50,701 nt of DNA. It comes from Nemertoderma westbladi (lineage: Eukaryota > Animalia > Xenacoelomorpha). Positions 26,443 to 37,404 of this stretch are shown here, piece by piece. The translations under genes were made by a program, and so were the position numbers. The first letter of the stretch is position 1, and every line of letters starts with the position of its first letter. The DNA lies in the NCBI GenBank assembly GCA_032718475.1, contig JAUCBJ010000537.1:1-50701 (forward strand), read 5' to 3'. The notes under the pieces were generated by a model. That model did no database searches and was not told the DNA's origin. It worked only from the letters and a program-made list of their open reading frames with translations.

Positions 26443-28135
26443 GATCCCACTTTGAAAAGCTCCTCAATAATGACAGGGTATTGCCTGATAACTTTATAGA
26501 AGTAAAAGTGTCTGAGTCTGTACTCCCAGATATTCCCATTGGCGATATCTCTTTTGCAGAAGTGAAGGCTGCTGCAAAGAGCATTAAGACCAATCGTGCC
26601 AGTGGAGTAGATGGTGTTCCCCCTGAGGTCTTTAAAATACCTGAGTGTTTAAAGCTCATCTATCCCATCATAGTAGACATGTACCGAATAACAAGAGTCC
26701 CACAAGAAATGAAAACAAATAAGTTGGTGCCAGTTCCCAAGAAGGGCAACCTAACACTCTATGGTTCTTTTCGGGGAATCTCATTGATCTCGATTGCTGC
26801 AAAGCTATACAATAGGATTATATTAAATCGCATCAGGGATCCCATTGAGAGACTGCTCCGTGGAAATCAGAATGGGTTCCGTAAAGGTCGTGGGACCATG
26901 GAGCCCATTTTGGCACTTAGAAGGATAATTGAAGAGTTATCAAAAAAGAAAGACAGGCATCTGGCTGTTATCTTTGTTGACTTCTTCAAGGCCTTTGATT
27001 CAGTCTCTCGCTCACGTATGTTCAGCATACTTTCATTATATGGGATTCCTGATGAAATTATTGCAGCAATCAGATCAGTATACGATGGTTCGACAACATT
27101 TGTGTCTACTGTTGACGGTGACACAGAACCATTTGAAGTGTTATGGGGTGTCCTCCAAGGAGACACACTTGCACCATTCTTGTTCATTATTGTGGTTGAC
27201 TATGTTCTACGCATGTCCTTAGATCATTATAATGATGATGGGGTGATGATAACTCCACCTACTGGCTCCAGAAGTCGAGGAAATCCTGCCAAGTACCTAA
27301 CTGATCTAGACTTTGCTGATGACTTAGGAGTACTCTCAGAATCATTAGAGGGAGTCCAACGGCTCCTCAGCTCATTAGAACATGCTGCTTCTAGTGTTGG
27401 TCTTTTTATTAACTCCAGAAAGACCAAAATTCTGACAGTTAACTTTGAAAGTCCTCAGCAAGTCTCTGATCGGATGAGCATAAGCTCAAAGGATGGTATG
27501 CTTGAGCATGTGGACGACTTCTGTTACCTAGGATCATGGATCCGGAAGTCAGGTGAGGACCTTCGAATACGTAAGGGAAAGGCATGGGCAGCCTTGAATA
27601 GGCTTTCCAGGATTTGGAAGTCACCGAGAATTAATCGGAAACTTAAGGTCCGATTATTTAGAGCAGCAGTAGTTCCAGTACTCCTCTACGGGAGTCCATG
27701 CTGGGCTCTAACTGCTGAGGACACCAAATCTCTGGATGGCACATTCACAAGAATGCTACGCCGGGTTCATTGTGTCAAGTACAATGCACACATCTCCAAC
27801 CAGACACTATATAACATTGGAGGTGTCTCATTGGTTCCCCCAAGCTTGACACTAGAACAAAATCGCCTCCGCTTTGCAGGACATTGCTTTCGTCGTGAGG
27901 ACCAGCCAGTGCATAATCTTGTACTTTGGCAGCCTCATGGAGTGAATAAGCATGGTGGACAGCCCATGACTTTCTTGAGACGCATCTTAAAGGACACTGG
28001 CCTTAAAGATGCAGATGATCTAGCCAATGTCATGGGTGATAGGGTGTTGTGGCGGTGCAATTTTGTTGACAAGCCGGCACAGCATTCTTAAAAATGCAGC
28101 TGCAATGCAGCATGCCGATCCTAGTAGTAGTAGTA
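26443..28135 (+). mobile_element. 5'-truncated RTE LINE, copy C, with the RT domain complete
   Basis: Uninterrupted RT ORF, very short 3' UTR and (TAG)n tail, no endonuclease domain. Flanked by identical 77-bp sequences at 26366-26442 and 28136-28212. Confidence 0.97.
26481..28091 (+). CDS. Non-LTR reverse transcriptase (RTE clade), N-terminally truncated
   Basis: Motifs ASGVDGVPPE, PVPKKG, FRGISL, QNGFRKGR, FVDFFKAFDSV, GVLQGDTLAPFLF, DLDFADD, FCYLGS, RLRFAGH. The frame stays open back to the junction at about 26442 and there is no native start. Confidence 0.93.
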   Translation: MPDNFIEVKVSESVLPDIPIGDISFAEVKAAAKSIKTNRASGVDGVPPEVFKIPECLKLIYPIIVDMYRITRVPQEMKTNKLVPVPKKGNLTLYGSFRGISLISIAAKLYNRIILNRIRDPIERLLRGNQNGFRKGRGTMEPILALRRIIEELSKKKDRHLAVIFVDFFKAFDSVSRSRMFSILSLYGIPDEIIAAIRSVYDGSTTFVSTVDGDTEPFEVLWGVLQGDTLAPFLFIIVVDYVLRMSLDHYNDDGVMITPPTGSRSRGNPAKYLTDLDFADDLGVLSESLEGVQRLLSSLEHAASSVGLFINSRKTKILTVNFESPQQVSDRMSISSKDGMLEHVDDFCYLGSWIRKSGEDLRIRKGKAWAALNRLSRIWKSPRINRKLKVRLFRAAVVPVLLYGSPCWALTAEDTKSLDGTFTRMLRRVHCVKYNAHISNQTLYNIGGVSLVPPSLTLEQNRLRFAGHCFRREDQPVHNLVLWQPHGVNKHGGQPMTFLRRILKDTGLKDADDLANVMGDRVLWRCNFVDKPAQHS

Positions 28136-31100
28136 ATGTCCACCCACTCAATCTACCTCTGACATTCCCCCGTCCACCAACTCCATCTATCTCTGACATC
28201 ACCGCTCCAACCACTCAATCTACCTCTGACATTCCCCCGTGCACCAACTCGATCTACCTCTGACATTTCCAGTCCACCAACTCCATCTACCTCTGACATC
28301 CCCCGTCCACCAACTCGATCTACCTCTGACATCACCGCTCCAACCACTCAATCTACCTCTGACATCCCCCGTCCACCAACTCCATCTACTTCTGACATAC
28401 CCTGTCCACCCATTCCATATACCTCTGACATCCCCTGTCACCCAACTCCGTCTACCTCTGACATCCCATGTCCACCAACTCCATCTACCTCTGACATCAC
28501 CGCTCTAACCACACCACTCAATCTACCTCTGACATCCCATGTCCACCAACTCCATCTACCTCTGACATCACCGCTCTAACCACTCAATCTACCTCTGACA
28601 TACCATGTCCACCAACTCCATCTACCTCTGACATACCATGTCCCCCAACTCCATCTACCTCTGACATCCCCCGTCCACCCACTTCATCTACCTCTGACAT
28701 CAGCTGTCCCCCAACTCCGTCTACCTCTGACATCCCATGTCCACCAACTCCATCTACCTCTGACATCACCGCTCCAACCACTCAATCTACCTCTGACATA
28801 CCATGTCCACCAACTCCATCTACCTCTGACATACCCTGTCCCCCAACTCCATCTACCTCTGACATCCCCCGTCCACCCACTCCATCTACCTCTGACATCC
28901 CCCGTCCACCCACTTCATCTACCTCCGACAAACCCTGTCCACCCACTCCATCTACCTCCGATATCCCCCGTCCACCCAGTTCATCTACCTCTGACATCAC
29001 CGCTCCAACCACTCAATCTACCTCTGACATCCCATGTCCACCAACTCCATCTACTTCTGACGTACCCTGTCCCCCAACTCCATCTACCTCTGACATCCCC
29101 CGTCCACCCACTCCATCTACCTCTGACATCCCCCGTCCACCAACTCCATCTACTTCTGACATACCCTGTCCACCCATTCCATCTACCTCTGACATTCCCA
29201 GTCCACCAACTCCATCTATCTCTGACATCCCCCGTCCACCAACTCCATCTACTTATGACATACCCTGTCCACCAACTCCATCTACCTCTGACATCACCGC
29301 TCCAACCACTCAATCTACCTCTGACATCCCCGGTCCACCAACTCCATCTACTTCTGACGTACGCTGTCCACCCATTCCATCTACCTCTGACATTCCCAGT
29401 ACACCAACTCCATCTACCACTGACATCCCCCGTCCATCAACTCCATCTACTTCTGACATACCCTGTCCACCCATTCAATCTACCTCCAACATCCCCTTTC
29501 CACACACTCCATCTACCTCCAACATCCCATGTCATGTCCACCCACTCAATCTACCTCTGACATTCCCCCGTCCACCAACTCCATCTATCTCTGACATCAC
29601 CGCTCCAACCACTCAATCTACCTCTGACATTCCCCCGTGCACCAACTCGATCTACCTCTGACATTTCCAGTCCACCAACTCCATCTACCTCTGACATCCC
29701 CCGTCCACCAACTCGATCTACCTCTGACATCACCGCTCCAACCACTCAATCTACCTCTGACATCCCCCGTCCACCAACTCCATCTACTTCTGACATACCC
29801 TGTCCACCCATTCCATCTACCTCTGACATCCCCTGTCCCCCAACTCCGTCTACCTCTGACATCCCATGTCCACCCATTCCATCTACCTCTGACATCCCAT
29901 GTCCACCAACTCCATTTACCTCTGACATCACCGCTCTAACCACTCAATCTACTCTGACATACCATGTCCACCAACTCCATCTACCTCTGACATACCATGT
30001 CCCCCAACTCCATCTACCTCTGACATCCCCCGTCCACCCACTTCATCTACCTCTGACATCACCTGTCCCCCAACTCCGTCTACCTCTTACATCCCATGTC
30101 CACCAACTCCATCTACCTCTGACATCACCGCTCCAATCACTCAATCTACCTCTGACATACCATGTCCACCAACTCCATCTACCTCTGACAAAGCCTTTCC
30201 CCCAACTCCATCTACCTCTGACATCCCCCGTCCACCCACTCCATCTACCTCTGACATCCCCCGTCCACCCACTTAATCTACCTCCGACAAACCCTGTCCA
30301 CCCACTCCATCTACCTCCGATATCCCCCGTCCACCCATTTCATCTACCTCTGACATCACCGCTCCAACCACTCAATCTACCTCTGACATCCCATGTCCAC
30401 CAACTCCCTCTACTTCTGACGTACCCTGTCCCCCAACTCCATCTACCTCTGACATCACCGCTCCAATCACTCAATCTACCTCTGACATACCATGTCCACC
30501 AACTCCATCTACCTCTGACAAAGCCTTTCCCCCAACTCCATCTACCTCTGACATCCCCCGTCCACCCACTCCATCTACCTCTGACATCCCCCGTCCACCC
30601 ACTTAATCTACCTCCGACAAACCCTGTCCACCCACTTCATCTACCTCTGACATCCCCGCTCCAACCACTCAATCTACCTCTGACATCCCCTGTCCACCAA
30701 CTCCATCTACTTCTGACGTACCCTGTCCACCCATTCCATCTACCTCTGACATACCCTGTCCCCCAACTCCATCTACCTCTGACATCACCGCTCCAACCAC
30801 TCAATCTACCTCTGACATCCCCTGTCCACCAATTCCATCTACTTCTGACATACCCTGTCCACCCATTCCATCTACCTCTGACATTCCCAGTCCACCAACT
30901 CCATCTACCTCTGACATCCCCCATCCACCAACTCCATCTACTTCTGACATACCCTGTCCACCCATTCCATCTACCTCAGACATCCCATGTCCGCCAACTC
31001 CATCTACCTCTGACATCACCGCTCCAACCACTCAATCTACCTCTGACATCCCCCGTCCACCAACTCCATCTACTTCTGACATACCCTGTCCATCCATTCC

Positions 31101-32394
31101 ATCTACCTCTGACATCACCACTCCAACCACTCAATCTACCTCTGACATCCCCTGTCCACCAACTCCACCTACTTCTGAGTACCCTGTCCACCCATTCCAT
31201 CTACCTCTGACATCCCCTGTCCACCAACTCCATCTACTTCTGACGTACCCTGTCCACCCATTCCATCTACCTCTGACATCACCGCTCCAACCACTCAATC
31301 TACCTCTGACATCCCCTGTCCACCAACTCCATCTACTTCTGACGTACCCTGTCCACCCATTCCATCTACCTCTGACATACCCTGTCCCCCAACGCCATCT
31401 ACCTCTGACATCACCGCTCCAACCACTCAATCTACCTCTGACATCCCCTGTCTACCAACTCCATCTACTTCTGACGTACCCTGTCCACCCATTCCATCTA
31501 CCTCTGACATTCCCAGTCCACCAACACCATCTACCTCTGACATCCCCCGTCCACCAACTCCATCTACTTCTGACATACCCTGTCCACCCATTCCATCTAC
31601 CTCTGACATCCCATGTCCGCCAACTCCATCTACCTCTGACATCACCGCTCCAACCACTCAATCTACCTCTGACATCCCCTGTCCACCAACTCCATCTACT
31701 TTTGACGTACACTGTCCACCCATTGCATCTACCTCTGACATTTCCAGTCCACCAACTCCATCTACCTCTGACATCCCCCGTCCACCAACTCCATCTACTT
31801 CTGACATACCCTGTCCACCCATTCCATCTACCTCTGACATCCCCTGTCCCCCAACTCCGTCTACCTCTGACATCCCATGTCCACCAACTCCATCTACCTC
31901 TGACATCCCATGTCCACCAACTCCATCTACCTCTGACATCCCCCGTCCACCAACTCCATCTACTTCTGACATACCCTGTCCACCCATTCCATCTACCTCT
32001 GACATGCCCTATCCCCCAACTCCGTCTAACTCTGACATCCCATGTCCTCCAACTCCATCTACCTCTGCCATCCTCCGTCCACCAACTCCATCTACCTGAC
32101 ATCCCCCGTCCACCAACTCCATCTACTTCTGACATACCCTGTCCACCCATTCCATCTACCTCTGACATCCCCTGTCCCCCAACTCCGTCTACCTCTGACA
32201 TCCCATGTCCACCAACTCCATCTACCTCTGACATCCCCCGTCCACCAACTCCATCTACTTCTTACATACCCTGTCCACCCATTCCATCTACCTCTGACAT
32301 CCCCTGTCCCCCAACTGCAAAATTTGCAAATTATATTGAAGTATTGGAATACACCATGTCCTGGAATATAGAGTCGTTATTCAGGTACCTGCCC

Positions 32395-33596
32395 TGTTCG
32401 CGCTTTTAGACCTTTAGCAGTTTAACCTGCCAAATTTAGGTGTCTTCTAGGTTATAAATCGACTTTAGCCTATGACAAGTATTTGATACACATAAACTAC
32501 ATTAGCCGAAGCCAGCCTATGCGCGACCATTCACCCACGGTTAAGGGAGACTGGATTCGGATGCTCTGACCTTATTGCGGTGTAGGCCTACTGTATTATT
32601 CGACTGATCGTTAATATATAATCTCTGACAAATATTATTCACTTTCGGGAAATATTAACAGTTCCTTTAGGACGTGGCGCTCTAAGTATGTAAACAGAGT
32701 TATAACTTACACTAAACACAACGGGATGGCTAATGATTCACGTATAAAGCGCATTCTTTAGGAGATGCTTTGTTATCTATCACACTCATGCACACTACCG
32801 CACAATGCTGCACACCGATCTGCCGACCTTCACTAATTGTAATCATATATAAGGAGAACAGCCACTGACACATGTAGGGTCTATGAAATAGCATTCAATT
32901 CACTCCAAAACCACTATAATGTAAGTCGCAATTGCTATATGTAACCGGTCTCTCTAACCTTCAGTATATCAAGAAGATTGGGGTTTTCTGATTATTTATC
33001 GATATTCTCCAAATATAACAATATTCCATCAACTGATACAATTAATAACCGACAGTAAATAGCAGTAAAATAATGCAGTGTTTGTATGTGACAATATGAG
33101 CAGTTTGTGATATGCAGATTTGGTTTGATATGATAGATAGAATAACAGTTATACGTTTCTATGATCAAAGCCGTTCTAATGTTTTGCTAAAGTCTGAAAC
33201 ACAGAATAATTCCACAGCCGATGTTCTGGCATCAGGAAAAAAGGTAAACAAAGACCACAATGCATTGTGCGATTTCCCGGAGGCCTCTGTGCAAGTAAAA
33301 TGAAAATCGCTCTGATTGGTCGAGTGAGTGAGCCTGAACAAAGAAAGCCAAAAGCTACACGTCGACATCTCAGCTGATAGATGTCGTCATCTGAAATACA
33401 CTGTATTAAGAGTATTTTGGTGCATTGCGGCATAAAATTGCTAGTTATGTCCGCTAAAGTACACATACAGAAGAAATGGCTTTTTATGTCTACTAAAACA
33501 CCTGTACAGTAAGGAAACGGCTTTTTATGTCCGCTAAAACACCTACAGAGTACTTAGCGGGGAAAATAACCAGCTAATTCCGCAAAAGCCTTTACA
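32395..33596 (-). repeat. 3' LTR (1202 bp)
   Basis: Matches 47655-48856 at offset 15260. About 10 substitutions by eye, no indels. Confidence 0.97.
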
Positions 33597-33604
33597 CCGC
33601 TCCC
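33597..33604 (-). promoter_or_regulatory. Putative short polypurine tract (GGGAGCGG)
   Basis: Purine-rich run directly upstream of the 3' LTR on the element strand. Confidence 0.5.
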
Positions 33605-33674
33605 AGAAAATGGGATTTAATTCTATAAAATATAAAAAATCACAGTTTCTAAAATATAAAAATACTCTAAACAG

Positions 33675-35226
33675 TTAGTCTTTCATGCGAGGACGGCGTT
33701 TACGCAGTTTTTTGAGGCTAGCAAGAGTCCTTTTCTCTTTGGGGCGAGCCACTTTACTAGGAGGGCTATAACTCCTGTGTGAAGGGTGCAATACAATTGC
33801 ATCGGAAGGTTTAGGATTACAGTCGGTGTATCCGCCGGTCGAGGTACCTGGTTGATCTATATCAACCTCAGTGGAACGAGGTCGAACAACCTGGAGAGCG
33901 CATTTTAAGACAGCAGCACTTATTGGTCCCTGACGGGTCGTTTGCACAAAAGCGGTAGGTGGACCGTGTGTAGTATGAAATTTCCTTGGTTTGATGATTC
34001 TTTTCAACTCGCGTTCTCGGACTCTATCGGAATCGATATGCTTCTCCTCGAGCTGATTTTCCTCCGCTTGTTATTGAAAGCATTCGTCCAAAACTCTTGC
34101 AGAAAGTAGAGTCGTCCAAGTTCGATATCTTCTTAGAGATTCCGGATTTCCTGATCGAACTGAGATAAAGCTAATTCGTTTACCGCTTGGACTTGCTGCT
34201 GCAATTTACATTTCTCTAAACAATTATAGGTTCCTTTTTCGATCTTTTGACGAATAGTGTCCAACGCGTTTCATACAACTCTCTCCTCCGCCTCGGTGAC
34301 AGGTTGTATCGGGTTAAACCGGGACGATGATATGGTTGAATGGCGATATTAGATGTCCGTGTCTCAATCTGGCTAGGTAAGATGGGCGAATATCTAGGGA
34401 GCCCACAACCGGAGTGCCACCGACTAACCGTTCGGGTAACACTAGATCTTTGAACAGTGAGTACAGTTCGGGAGGATCCGTGATACTATTAGGATCAAGA
34501 GTCTGAGGTCTAACTAGGGAATGAGGAGGTCTGACCGAGTATTCCGGAACTCTGATCATAGGTTTATTTAAGGATCGTTTGAATCGAACGAGCATAGGTG
34601 ATACATCGAACAAGTTTCGCTAGAAACTCCCGTAAATATAGCGAGTAAAACCGTGTTTAAAGCAACGTCTCCGCGGATGTTTATGTCTTTCCATTTGTTG
34701 GTTGGGTCTTGGGCATTCATCGCAATAATACCAAAGACGCACGTCTTGTAGGGGAAACGCGGGTGATATTTATTCGGTTTTACAATGTTTCTCTCAAGAA
34801 TTCCAAATATACGTTGGAGTTACCGCGTTTATCCGGTTCTTTAACGTCTTCTCTTTCGAGTCGATTTCGAATAGAATTTTCGCATTCGATTTTTAGTTTA
34901 TCGTTCCGACTCCGCTGGGTAGGATATTTAAATAGTACCATTTCCCTTTCGGTGTCGACATAGTCCGTATCGTGTAAATCGATAGGATGGCCAGTAGTTA
35001 AGAAGTCCATATACGTACCATTACGATGCGTATAACGAGCGGTGAATTTTCTATAGTCCAATTCACGCGTAAGTTGCTCCTGGGACATCGGCAGTTCGAT
35101 ATAACGACCATCGTCCTCCGTAGTAGTTGGACTAGCGTCGCCGCGTATCAAGCTATCAACAAACGCTTGTAAAGGTAGAGTATATCGATCCCTGATACCA
35201 AGATCATCTTCTATCAACTCAGTCAT
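33675..35226 (-). pseudogene. Accessory ORF of the BEL element, about 515 codons, frameshifted, unknown function
   Basis: ORFs 35226-34780, 34613-34314 and 34007-33675 can be joined through open segments in other frames (e.g. NIVKPNKYHPRFPYKTCVFGIIAMNAQDPTNKWKDINIRGDVALNTVLLAIF; LDTIRQKIEKGTYNCLEKCKLQQQVQAVNELALSQFDQEIRNL). Coding-like GC content against AT-rich flanks. Basic C-terminus. Confidence 0.7.
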
Positions 35227-35643
35227 AGCTGCTATATGAGTTTATCAATATTATAATGAGTTTATAATTAGGCTAGCAGGCGTCGCTGCCTACCCCTCAC
35301 GGCCCCCGGACAGTGCAAGATCCTCAGCGCTGATGCACTGCCGCCGCTGTGCTTATCGCCAACATAGTAGCTGCACAACGACAATAACAACCAGCGCGAG
35401 TCACTCCACTGTCCGTCCCAAGGGCTAAGATTTACTTCAGGTTATTACTGCAGAGTTAGGGCTACTTTCACAATTGCGACTCGCTACTGTAAACACACTT
35501 TAGTAGTAACATTCATCTATAAACGCACAAATTCCACACAACTGTCACAAACCGCACACATTCGGGCCATTTGTCCTTTAGTCAAGTGGCCTTCCAGAAT
35601 GCCACGTTATTATTATGTATCTCTGGATACTAGCAGTGCGCTA

Positions 35644-36403
35644 TTTATTCCGTATGCTATTCAATGGGGCACGCTTTATTGTTCTTTTAACTCACTTCTA
35701 ATTCTAGCATGGTTGTTGCTATGGTGACATTATGGAAAGCTAGCAGTAGAATTAGGGTAATTCTCATGCATACAGATCTGGGATGCTATTTAATAATATT
35801 TCTTTAATTGTCCATATCTCCCTTATACATGATTTTATGAATTTTATCGGCTATTGACTATATATTGGAGATTCTTGCACACTAATACACTTAATAGGGT
35901 GAATCTCCGCTCCCATGATCTATTAATTAATGGAATTTTGGGAATGTCATAAATTGTATAAAAATGACAATTTATCAAATTCATTAAAAAGATGAATTTA
36001 AATTTATTCCCGTAAATTTTATTATTTAATATTAAATAGACACAATTTTATTCCAGAGCATGTCTGGGGACTAAGATCCTGAATTCTAGGGAATTTGTCC
36101 TTTTAAGAGTATCGGTAAGTGCTACGATATCTTAGTAGACTAGAATTTTAAAGGATCTAAATTTTAACAGATTTTGATTTATATATTTTCTAGAGTTACT
36201 TGTAAGTATTTACTCTATTGTATTTGTTTGACAGATTTTATAAATATTAATAGTTAATATTTAAGATGGGCACCGGTTTATTCCAGAACTTGTCTGGGGA
36301 CGTTAACCACTGATTCTAGAATTTTGTCTTTCAAGTATATCGGTGGGTGCCGCGATATCTTAATCGACTAGAATTACAGATGGTCAAAGGGTTTAACAGA
36401 TTT
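35644..36403. ncRNA. Cluster of repeated stem-loop modules (35644-35777, 36047-36174, 36277-36403)
   Basis: Shared skeleton TTTATTCC..TGGGG..ATTCTA..TAGAAT..ACAGAT, with pairing retained despite sequence divergence. Function as an RNA is inferred only. Confidence 0.5.
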
Positions 36404-36539
36404 ATTTTGCGTTTTACGCTACTGTTAAAAGGACATCACACTACTATATGTATTATTTAATATACGGTATGAGAGCAATATTGCAAGAAACACAGTGAGA
36501 AGAGGCAAGTCGTTTCCAAGGTCTACCCAGAGCTTGGTT

Positions 36540-36914
36540 TACTACTATGACTACTACTACTATGATCGGCATGCTGCATTGCAGCTGCATTTTTAAGAAT
36601 GCTGTGCCGGCTTGTCAACAAAATTGCACCGCCACAACTCCCTATCACCCATGACATTTGCTAGATTATCCGCATCTTTAAGGCCAGTGTCCTTTAAGAT
36701 GCGTCTCAAGAAAGTCATGGGCTGTCCACCATGCTTATTCACTCCATGAGGCTGCCAAAGTACAAGATTATGCACTGGCTGGTCCTCACGGCGAAAGCAA
36801 TGTCCTGCAAAGCGGAGGCGATTTTGTTCTAGTGTCAAGCTTGGGGGAACCAATGAGACACCTCCAATGTTATATAGTGTCTGGTTGGAGATGTGTGCAT
36901 TGTACTTGACACAA
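36540..36914 (-). mobile_element. 5'-truncated RTE LINE, copy D, nested in the BEL element
   Basis: Near-identical to the 3' ~350 bp of copy C (ORF 36593-36853). Irregular (TAG)n tail. No clear TSD. Confidence 0.93.
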
Positions 36915-37404
36915 ACTTGACACTAAACGTTAAAATGTCACAATGTTAAAATGTCTATTTAGTTCACAAGGGGAGTCCCCAGCGTTTAACTCATAAAAAC
37001 AAACTTGACACAACTGGTTTAGCCGAGACACGAGGATCTGAATTTTGCATTCCTAATACTCTACTTACCAATAATACTTGAATATAGTAGGAGCTTTATT
37101 GTACTTTAATAAGTACGGACATTTCATCTTATTGTAGTCACGTATTTATAATATGATACGGACAGTAAGGAAAGAGAAAAATAATTATTTCTCGCCGTCG
37201 CACTAAATATATAATATATAAGTAATTAAGTAATAAACGCGAATATATATGGCACTAATCTACTAAATAATCGCTAAAATAACATTCTACTAAATAAAAT
37301 TAAAGAAAACTATTATAATAAAATTACATAATAATACATACCTAAATATAAAAATAATAAAGACAGATATAAATAATATAGTCACACACCCACTCCAGAC
37401 GCTG

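Larger units (their letters stand above)
11852..32316. repeat. Giant 33-bp minisatellite array (consensus CCACCAACTCCATCTACCTCTGACATCCCCCGT), about 530 units, interrupted by three LINE fragments
   Basis: 33-bp period throughout, with recurring variant units and multi-unit blocks. The + frame reads PPTPSTSDIP[RC] and the in-register - frame reads DVRGRWSWWTG. Scattered +1, +5 and -2 indels shift the frames. The unit count is estimated from length. Confidence 0.97.

Noticed and set aside
11855-32409. Dozens of ORFs (HQLHLPLTSPV and MSEVDGVGGRG frames) as separate genes
   Set aside because: They are by-products of a 33-bp unit. The MSEVD frame is stopped by the common CTCAATC variant, and common variants are non-synonymous in the HQLH frame.
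33112-33466. Small ORFs inside the LTRs (also 48372-48981)
   Set aside because: Short and featureless, and duplicated only because the LTR is duplicated.
33675-35226. env gene
   Set aside because: No signal peptide, conserved Cys pattern or C-terminal transmembrane helix.
36047-36403. H/ACA snoRNA or hammerhead identity for the structured modules
   Set aside because: ACA is near the 3' end, but there is no H box between two comparable hairpins and no CUGAUGA/GAAA core.
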